DNA of 64,000 nucleotides from a virus: IMG/VR virus record IMGVR_UViG_3300020204_000007, positions 1 to 64,000 of that record; one strand, 5' to 3'. Shown piece by piece: positions 57,491 to 64,000 of this stretch (position 1 is its first letter; each line of letters starts with the position of its first letter). The notes under the pieces were generated by a model. It saw only the letters and a program-made list of their open reading frames with translations, ran no database searches and was not told where the DNA came from. The position numbers and the translations under genes were made by a program.

Positions 57491-58018
57491 ATGGCTAGTC
57501 CACGTTTTTCAAAGGTAGCAAAGCAACTTGAAGATAACCTAAAGAATTTAGGCTATTCAAAGGCTAAAGCTAAAGTTGTTTCGGTTGATTCTGATGGCAA
57601 TGTTATTGCTTGGCTTAACCATTCTTCAGCAGGCTCTGCAGCTGGTGATCTTCAATGCTTCCTACGTTTTAAAGCATGGGAAGTTGCTGGTCTTCAGTGG
57701 CCAGATTCAATGAAAACACAGCTACATGCTGCTGGTCAATTTGCAGAAGGTGCTGCTCTTGTTGAACTTATTATCGAAGCTCCTGCGGCAACACCTGCTG
57801 CCGGCGGACTTCATAAGTTCCTTCCAGATGTTCTCCATGTTCTTCGTGGACAAAACGGCGCAGTCGTCAGGCTAAAAGAAACTGCCGCTGGATCAGCCCC
57901 TGCTCTTGCTCCAGGCGGAGTCCTTGCAACTGCTGCTGCAACATGGAATGCTGCTGGTGTAGAAGTCGGTGTGCTTATGCCTTACGGCCGTGGCACTGCT
58001 CCTGGTTCTTTGGCCTAA
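57491..58018 (+). CDS. Probable abundant virion/head protein (175 aa)
   Basis: GAGGTG SD, Ala/Gly-rich, GCT/GGT-biased codons, followed by a terminator. Confidence 0.55.
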   Translation: MASPRFSKVAKQLEDNLKNLGYSKAKAKVVSVDSDGNVIAWLNHSSAGSAAGDLQCFLRFKAWEVAGLQWPDSMKTQLHAAGQFAEGAALVELIIEAPAATPAAGGLHKFLPDVLHVLRGQNGAVVRLKETAAGSAPALAPGGVLATAAATWNAAGVEVGVLMPYGRGTAPGSLA

Positions 58019-58023
58019 TTTAG

Positions 58024-58048
58024 TGGGCCGAAAGGCCCATTTATTTTT
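58024..58048 (+). terminator. Rho-independent terminator
   Basis: tgggcc-gaaa-ggccca with a GNRA loop, followed by tttattttt. Confidence 0.75.
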
Positions 58049-58064
58049 AATCTTGAGGTGAAAA

Positions 58065-58331
58065 ATGGCTTTACTAAGTCCAGAAGTAAAAAAACTATTA
58101 AACGACTTTTCAAAGTCACAGCCAGCTTTGAATCTTCCAGGTCTTCCTGCTGACCAAGCAGGCATTAAGCTTGGTGATCTTATCGAAGCAGCTGCGGCTG
58201 GTGAAGTTGCTGACCAATCTGCTGCAATTGCAGCACTACAGGCGGCTGTGCTAGCACTACAAGGTCAAGTTAGTACGTTGCAATCAACTGTAGCTGATCA
58301 TGAGTCTCGTATTGCTGCTCTTGAACCATAA
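58065..58331 (+). CDS. Small coiled-coil virion protein (88 aa)
   Basis: GAGGTG SD; heptad IAALQAAVLALQGQVSTLQSTVADHESRIAALE. Confidence 0.6.
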   Translation: MALLSPEVKKLLNDFSKSQPALNLPGLPADQAGIKLGDLIEAAAAGEVADQSAAIAALQAAVLALQGQVSTLQSTVADHESRIAALEP

Positions 58332-58341
58332 GAGGTGTTAA

Positions 58342-59259
58342 ATGAAACAAAATGAGTTATTTCAAAACATTGACACGCTTATGACGGAAGTTCTTGAACT
58401 CAAGAAATCTTGGGACGAGAAAGTTGAAAAGGCTGAAGCTGAGCCTTCTGATGCGCAAGATGATGCTGTTCATATGGCAGATCATGGCGCAGACGAAGAA
58501 AGTCTCGCTGAATACGCTAAAAAACTTTCTGACGAAGAACTTCATGAACTCATTTCTTCACTAGTCCAAGAAGCAGAAGGACGAGGCGGAGAAGGTGAAG
58601 AACAAGAAGCCCCTGAAGTGGGTAAAAGCGAAGACGAAGACGAAGACGAAGGCGAGGACGAATCTGAAGAACCAGAAATGGAAAAAGCAGATGAGCAAAT
58701 GCCTGAAGACGACGAAGCTATGCAAATGCCTGAACAAGACGCAGATGCTGAATCGGAACCAGAAGAAGGTGGCGATTTAGGCTCAAAAGTAGCTGAACTT
58801 TCTGACGAAGAAATCCAAACTTTGATGTCAGCAATTCAAGCTGAAATGGGCAATCGTGGCGGCGGTGGTGCTGGTCCTGCTCCAGTTGGAAAATCAGAGT
58901 ATGAAGAAAAGATGGAAAAAAGCTTACGTGCTGCTATCAAAAAAATTGATGAACTTAGTTCTCAAATTGACTCTCTAAAAAAGAGTAACGCTAAGAAAGT
59001 AGAACGTAAAGAGTCTATGCCATCTCAAAAATATGCTGATCCTAAAGTTACAGTTTTAGAAAAATCTGTTCCAGAAGATTCTAAAGTTGTTATGACTGGA
59101 GCAACTCTTGCAAACTGGCTAATTAGCGAACAAGCTGCCGGAAACAAAAAGGTTAACTCCGATATTGTTACTAAGGCAAACCTTGCTAAGTCTGTTGAAG
59201 ATGCTTCTGAGTTCTATAAAGAACTCGAAAGAATTGGAATTAAAGCACCTCGCTCATAA
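58342..59259 (+). CDS. Acidic scaffold-like head assembly protein (305 aa)
   Basis: Very Glu/Asp-rich; duplicated LSDEE helix; about 10 [LMV]xK[SA]-type motifs; GAGGTG SD. Confidence 0.55.
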   Translation: MKQNELFQNIDTLMTEVLELKKSWDEKVEKAEAEPSDAQDDAVHMADHGADEESLAEYAKKLSDEELHELISSLVQEAEGRGGEGEEQEAPEVGKSEDEDEDEGEDESEEPEMEKADEQMPEDDEAMQMPEQDADAESEPEEGGDLGSKVAELSDEEIQTLMSAIQAEMGNRGGGGAGPAPVGKSEYEEKMEKSLRAAIKKIDELSSQIDSLKKSNAKKVERKESMPSQKYADPKVTVLEKSVPEDSKVVMTGATLANWLISEQAAGNKKVNSDIVTKANLAKSVEDASEFYKELERIGIKAPRS

Positions 59260-59293
59260 TGCCCATCCCTCCCTCTTATGAGTTAGGTATTCT

Positions 59294-59328
59294 GCCCTAA
59301 GAATTTTTTCTTAGGGTTTTCTTTTTTT
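59294..59328 (+). terminator. Rho-independent terminator
   Basis: ccctaagaa-tttt-ttcttaggg followed by ttttcttttttt. Confidence 0.75.
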
Positions 59329-59362
59329 ACAAAACTGCATACATTTAATTTAGGAGATTTTT

Positions 59363-59635
59363 ATGCAAGAAAAACTAATTCGTCTTTGTTGTAAAAATTG
59401 TTCTAATAGCTTTTTATGTTGGGAAGATAAAAAACCAACTAATTGTCCAAAATGCCAGTCAGCAACTTTACTTACTGTTATGAATACAAACACTGTTCCT
59501 GTTACTACTGGGACGATGATTGAATATTCATATGACAATTTAGATACAATCGATTCTTTTATTACAGAACAAGCGCAAATTGAAGATCAAGAGCGTGATT
59601 TAAACAAATTAGCAAAAGGTCGAAAAGACGCATGA
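59363..59635 (+). CDS. Small zinc-ribbon protein (90 aa)
   Basis: CKNC..CPKC; AGGAG SD; overlaps the helicase start. Confidence 0.65.
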   Translation: MQEKLIRLCCKNCSNSFLCWEDKKPTNCPKCQSATLLTVMNTNTVPVTTGTMIEYSYDNLDTIDSFITEQAQIEDQERDLNKLAKGRKDA

Positions 59636-60996
59636 GCACAGAAATTAAAGATAATATTGCTAACTTTGACGCTAGATTTTTAAAAGGTGCTGTACTTCGC
59701 CTTATTCTGCAACCATCTTTGATAGATAAATATCGAGAATATCTATATCCAGAAATGTTTGATATTGGAGATGAATTTCAATCTTTATTTCGTGTTGCAA
59801 AAATATTATTAGATCGATCTAAAATCGAACCTGTTTCTATGGAAGCTTTGATAGGTTGGTTAAATTTGCAGCCATCGGGCGATGGGCGTGATGCTAGTAT
59901 GCAGCTAGCAGAAAAAATGCGACTAGATTCTGATCTTTATAAATTTGCGCAAAATGATGGATATTTTGCAGAATTTTTAAGATATCTTAAAGCGCAAACT
60001 TTTATTAATTCCCATAAATCGGTTACTAAGAAATTTAAAAATACAGATTTTGATTCTGCGTATAAAGATCTAGAAATTACTCTAAGCAAGATTAAGTCTA
60101 TTGGTACCGAGGAAGAAGAAACTGTTAATTGGGAAACTGCTCATAAATTTCTAGAAGAAAATTCACAAAAACGATACAATCGATTTAAAATTGGCATTGC
60201 AGACTTTGATTCGCTGGCAGGTTTTGAAGAGCAATCAATGAATTTGTTTATCTCCACTTCTGGTGGTGGCAAGAGCATGATGTCGATTCATTTGGTTGTA
60301 CAAGCTGTGCGGCAACAAAAACACGTTCATGCTGTTTTTGTGGAAGACCGGCAACCAACTATCTTACGGCGTTTATTTGCAAACATGACTGGTATTCCAA
60401 TTAATGAACTTTCTAAATACAATGATTTATCTCAAGATAAAAAAAACGCAATTAAAGCCGCTGCCGTTGAATTAAAAAAATACGCCACAATTGATTTTAT
60501 TTATCAAAACCCTCCATCTTCTATTTTGCAAAAAATTCATGAAAGAAATCGTGAAAGAAAAAATCAGGGATTAGCGGAAAATAAAGTTGTGATTATTGAT
60601 TATATACAACATATTGGTCATATGGCGGCAGGCGATAGTATGCATGAAAAGTTGCATCGTTCTATGGCCGATTTTAAGGATTTTTGTTTGAAGCACCATA
60701 TGATTGGATTCACCCATTTCCAAGTAAACAGATCTGGAGCAGCAATGATGCGTAATAACGACGAAAATCAGCTTATTGATATGAGCATGATTTCAGGTTC
60801 ATATAATGCTTGCTTTGTGGCCGATAATATTATTTCTATTAATAGAACACCACAAATGCGGATTGACAATGAAGCCGTTTTGTACGTTATTAAAGGTCGA
60901 GAAGGCTGTAATGAGAATAAATATAAAGTTAAAACAGACTTTGCATATGGTATATACCGTATGGAATCGGCAGAAAAACTGGAAGATGTTCTCTGA
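59632..60996 (+). CDS. dnaB: Replicative SF4 helicase (DnaB / gp41-like)
   Basis: Walker A STSGGGKS, FVED, VIIDY, QVNRSG, ADNIISINR, KGREG. Confidence 0.88.
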   Translation: MSTEIKDNIANFDARFLKGAVLRLILQPSLIDKYREYLYPEMFDIGDEFQSLFRVAKILLDRSKIEPVSMEALIGWLNLQPSGDGRDASMQLAEKMRLDSDLYKFAQNDGYFAEFLRYLKAQTFINSHKSVTKKFKNTDFDSAYKDLEITLSKIKSIGTEEEETVNWETAHKFLEENSQKRYNRFKIGIADFDSLAGFEEQSMNLFISTSGGGKSMMSIHLVVQAVRQQKHVHAVFVEDRQPTILRRLFANMTGIPINELSKYNDLSQDKKNAIKAAAVELKKYATIDFIYQNPPSSILQKIHERNRERKNQGLAENKVVIIDYIQHIGHMAAGDSMHEKLHRSMADFKDFCLKHHMIGFTHFQVNRSGAAMMRNNDENQLIDMSMISGSYNACFVADNIISINRTPQMRIDNEAVLYVIKGREGCNENKYKVKTDFAYGIYRMESAEKLEDVL

Positions 60997-61105
60997 AGCG
61001 AATTTAAATAATTAAAACATAGTTTTATAATTTAAAATTGATTTTTGAAACATATTCGGGTGACAATAGAACTCTGGCTAAGATTTCTACGGGAGTTATT
61101 TTTAG

Positions 61106-62086
61106 ATGCACAATCTTCCTAAAATTCTACAAAAAAGAACAAATTTTAGGCCCTTTGCTTATCCCACCGCATTTGAAATTTTTGAAAAACAGCAAAAAGC
61201 TCATTGGACACCGTCCGAAGTAGAAATGGATGCCGATGTTCATCAATATCACACAGAATTTTCTGCAAAAGAAAAACATGCAATTACAACTATTTTAAAA
61301 ATATTCACACAAACAGAAAACATTGTTGCGGATTATTGGACAAACGTTGTTGGTAAATGGTTTGTGCAACCAGAAATTTGCATGATGGCAAACACGTTTG
61401 CTTCATTTGAAGCTATTCATGCGCAAGCATACGACAAACTAAATACTGCTCTTGGTCTTGATTCTAAAGAATTTTATCTATCATTTCTTGAAGATGAAAC
61501 TTTAAAAAAGAAAACGGAATTTATTGAATCCAAAATGGAAATCTTTACAGAAAAAGATCTACCATTATCCCTTGCAGTATTTTCTGGTTTTACCGAAGGC
61601 GTTTCGCTGTTTAGCTCATTTGCAATTTTATTAAATTTTCAGCGGTTTAATAAACTAAAAGACGTTGCTAATATTATTAGCTGGTCAATTAGAGATGAAA
61701 GTTTGCATTCAAGTGCTGGATGTTGGCTATTTAGAACACTAGTTTCCGAAATGAATTTTTCTAAAGAACAATTATCTGATTTGGAAGAACAAATCAAAGA
61801 AGTCGCTGAGCAAATTCATGAGATGGAAATGATTTATATCGATAAAATCTTTTTAGAAGATGAGCTCGAAGGTTTAACTAAAAACGATATGAAAAATTTT
61901 ATTAGGCATCGTATTAATCAAAAAATGCGTGATTTAGGATTGAGTGATATATATAAAAATCTTCCAACAGATAAAGTCGGCGCCTGGTTTAATCCATTAA
62001 ATCAAGCCGTAGAGTTTGTAGACTTCTTTGAAGCGCGTTCTACAAACTATGTCAAAGGTTGGAATTTCGGACACATTAACTGGTAA
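61106..62086 (+). CDS. nrdB: Ribonucleotide reductase class I beta subunit
   Basis: HWTPSEV, EAIHAQAY, EGVSLFSSF, RDESLH, DFFEAR.TNY. Confidence 0.95.
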   Translation: MHNLPKILQKRTNFRPFAYPTAFEIFEKQQKAHWTPSEVEMDADVHQYHTEFSAKEKHAITTILKIFTQTENIVADYWTNVVGKWFVQPEICMMANTFASFEAIHAQAYDKLNTALGLDSKEFYLSFLEDETLKKKTEFIESKMEIFTEKDLPLSLAVFSGFTEGVSLFSSFAILLNFQRFNKLKDVANIISWSIRDESLHSSAGCWLFRTLVSEMNFSKEQLSDLEEQIKEVAEQIHEMEMIYIDKIFLEDELEGLTKNDMKNFIRHRINQKMRDLGLSDIYKNLPTDKVGAWFNPLNQAVEFVDFFEARSTNYVKGWNFGHINW

Positions 62087-62111
62087 TCTTCATACCTAAA
62101 AGAGAATACAA

Positions 62112-63779
62112 ATGAAGCTTAAAGAACTGAAGTCATCTTTTGAAGCTCCCCAATGGCTAACCGAAGAAGGTTTTATTACTTTAACAAAAGGCTATTTGCT
62201 TTCAAACGAAACACCAAAAGGTATGTATCGTAGGGTAGCAAAAGCTGCGGCTTCTTATCTACCAAATAATAAACAAAAATGGGAAGACGATTTTTTTAAT
62301 ATTATTTGGAATAACTGGCTTTGTCTTGCAACGCCAGTCGCATCTAATTTTGGAACGCAAAGAGGATTACCAATCAGTTGTTTTGGTAGTTATGTTGACG
62401 ACAGCATTTATTCTATTTTTGAAAAAAATTTAGAAGTGGCTGTTTTAAGCAAACATGGCGGTGGGACATCTTCGTTTCTTGGAGATGTTCGCGGGCGCGG
62501 GGCTACAATCAACGGTGGTGGAAATAGCAACGGTACAACTAGCTGGGTAGAAGTGCTCAGAACAACTGTTAACCAAGTTTCCCAAAACGGCATTAGACGA
62601 GGCCAACACGCTACTTATATCCCAATTGACCATGCAGATTTTGATGAATTTGTAGATGTAAGAAAACATTTAGACGGAATCCACTTAGGCGTTTCTATTT
62701 CTGATGAATTCTTAAAAAGATGTGAAAATAAAGAAGAAGAAGCTTTACGAAGATGGTTCAAATTGCTCAAGGCTCGAATGGAAACCGGTGAACCATATAT
62801 TTTGTTTATTGATAAAGTAAACGCTCAGAATCCAAGTTTATATAAAGAGCAAAACCTAAGTGTAAAAGCTAGCAATCTATGTTCAGAGATTGTTTTACAT
62901 TCTGATGCGGAACATTCATTTGTTTGCTGTTTGTCCTCAATGAATTTAGCTAAATGGGATGAATGGAAAGACACAAATGCGGTTTTTTTAGCAACTGTTT
63001 TCTTAGATTGTGTGATGGAAGAGTTTATTAAAAAAGCTTCTAGCATAAAAGGCATCGAAGCTGCTGTCAGATTTGCTAAGAAATCTAGAGCCCTTGGATT
63101 AGGTGTTCTTGGATATCATACATATTTACAAAAAAATATGATTCCATTCGACAGTCTTCAGGCAAGAATTTTTAACCACACTTGGGCAAAAGTATTAAAA
63201 ATGGAATCGCAAAAAGCTACTGAATGGATGGCTACTGAGCTTGGAGAGCCAGAATGGTGCAAGGGTGAATGCGTTCGTAACACACATTTGCTTGCTATTG
63301 CACCAACAACTTCAAATGCAATTATTTCTGGTGGCGTTTCTCAAGGAATTGAGCCGATTGTTGCAAATGCATTTGTGCAAAAAACTGCAAAGGGTACATT
63401 CATTAGAAAAAATCCTACACTTGAAGAATATTTAGAAAATTTAAACTTAAATACTAATGAAATATGGGAAAAAATCATTGATAACCATGGCAGTGTTGTA
63501 GATATCCATGGTATTTCTGAAGATGCTAAAGAAGTATTTAAAACTGCTTATGAAATTAATCAAAAAGAAATTATTTTTCAAGCAAACCAACGCCAGAAAT
63601 ATATATGTCAATCACAATCACTTAATTTGTTTTTTGATTCTAATGAAAGTCCAGAATGGATTCACAAAATTCATAAAGAGGCCGCTTTGTCTTCGCATAT
63701 TAAATCGCTTTATTATGTAAGATCTATGGCTGGGATTAGAGCTGAAAAAGCTGAAGGCTGTAAAAGCTGCGAAGGATAA
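62112..63779 (+). CDS. nrdA: Ribonucleotide reductase class I alpha subunit, no ATP cone
   Basis: TPVASN..GLPISCF, SNLCSEI, VCCLSS, APTTS, SLYY, C-terminal CKSC. Confidence 0.95.
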   Translation: MKLKELKSSFEAPQWLTEEGFITLTKGYLLSNETPKGMYRRVAKAAASYLPNNKQKWEDDFFNIIWNNWLCLATPVASNFGTQRGLPISCFGSYVDDSIYSIFEKNLEVAVLSKHGGGTSSFLGDVRGRGATINGGGNSNGTTSWVEVLRTTVNQVSQNGIRRGQHATYIPIDHADFDEFVDVRKHLDGIHLGVSISDEFLKRCENKEEEALRRWFKLLKARMETGEPYILFIDKVNAQNPSLYKEQNLSVKASNLCSEIVLHSDAEHSFVCCLSSMNLAKWDEWKDTNAVFLATVFLDCVMEEFIKKASSIKGIEAAVRFAKKSRALGLGVLGYHTYLQKNMIPFDSLQARIFNHTWAKVLKMESQKATEWMATELGEPEWCKGECVRNTHLLAIAPTTSNAIISGGVSQGIEPIVANAFVQKTAKGTFIRKNPTLEEYLENLNLNTNEIWEKIIDNHGSVVDIHGISEDAKEVFKTAYEINQKEIIFQANQRQKYICQSQSLNLFFDSNESPEWIHKIHKEAALSSHIKSLYYVRSMAGIRAEKAEGCKSCEG

Positions 63780-63820
63780 TCATTTTTATTATCCTTCGGT
63801 ATTATTAAATCGGAGGAATT

Positions 63821-64000
63821 ATGAACCTTTTTGTTATTGGCTCACAGCAAGAAAGTGCTCAAGCTCTTGATGACCGTCGTTTAGTAAAAATGACTGTAGA
63901 AACACTGCAATTATTTGCGTATGCTATGCATAATTTGGAAATTCCAGAATATCATTATCCAGTAAGTAAAGAAACTGGCTTACCATTCAAAGCAAATAAC
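63821..64000 (+). CDS. Pyrimidine-dimer DNA glycosylase / DenV-family protein (partial)
   Basis: Not in the ORF track. GGAGG SD, then MNLFVIGSQQESAQALDDRRLVKMTVETLQLF, matching the MNxF..A..LDD.R..KM..E..Q family pattern; runs off the window. Confidence 0.65.
   Translation, partial: MNLFVIGSQQESAQALDDRRLVKMTVETLQLFAYAMHNLEIPEYHYPVSKETGLPFKANN

Noticed and set aside
59260-59362. tRNA or structured ncRNA in intergenic gaps
   Set aside because: Only a terminator hairpin is visible; no cloverleaf or T-loop GTTC motif in this or other gaps inspected.
2015-63720. Numerous short antisense or nested ORFs in the track (for example 10260-10679, 31080-31679, 34512-34994, 50598-50999)
   Set aside because: They are shadows of longer motif-bearing genes, lack SD sequences and show no recognisable motifs.
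1-64000. Stop-codon reassignment as seen in some large phages
   Set aside because: Long genes are intact in code 11, TAA, TAG and TGA all terminate well-defined genes, and coding density is high.

Overview
An AT-rich, gene-dense segment of a large (probably jumbo) contractile-tailed phage genome, read in standard code 11. No rRNA, tRNA, CRISPR array or integrase was seen. Layout: (1) 1-25425, minus strand, a virion block of several tail-fibre and tail-collar proteins plus greatly enlarged baseplate proteins; (2) 26181-29099, a DnaE-type DNA polymerase that stops in the middle of its HhH domain, while the missing HhH remainder and OB-fold appear to be a separate, intein-free gene on the opposite strand at 44536-45339; (3) a lysis cassette of holin, M15 endolysin and an unusual spanin-position protein, followed by two large charged proteins; (4) 35175-40341, a putative thymidine-hypermodification locus (amino acid:DNA transferase, FAD oxidoreductase, P-loop nucleotide kinase, dCMP-deaminase-like protein) next to an amidoligase and LMW-phosphatase pair; (5) recombination and replication genes (RecA/UvsX, SSB, HNH, SbcCD, AEP primase-like, degenerate methyltransferase-like, GroEL-like chaperonin); (6) further virion and head genes, a DnaB-like helicase, nrdB, nrdA and a partial DenV-like glycosylase. 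All calls come from motif recognition by eye; no database searches were run.
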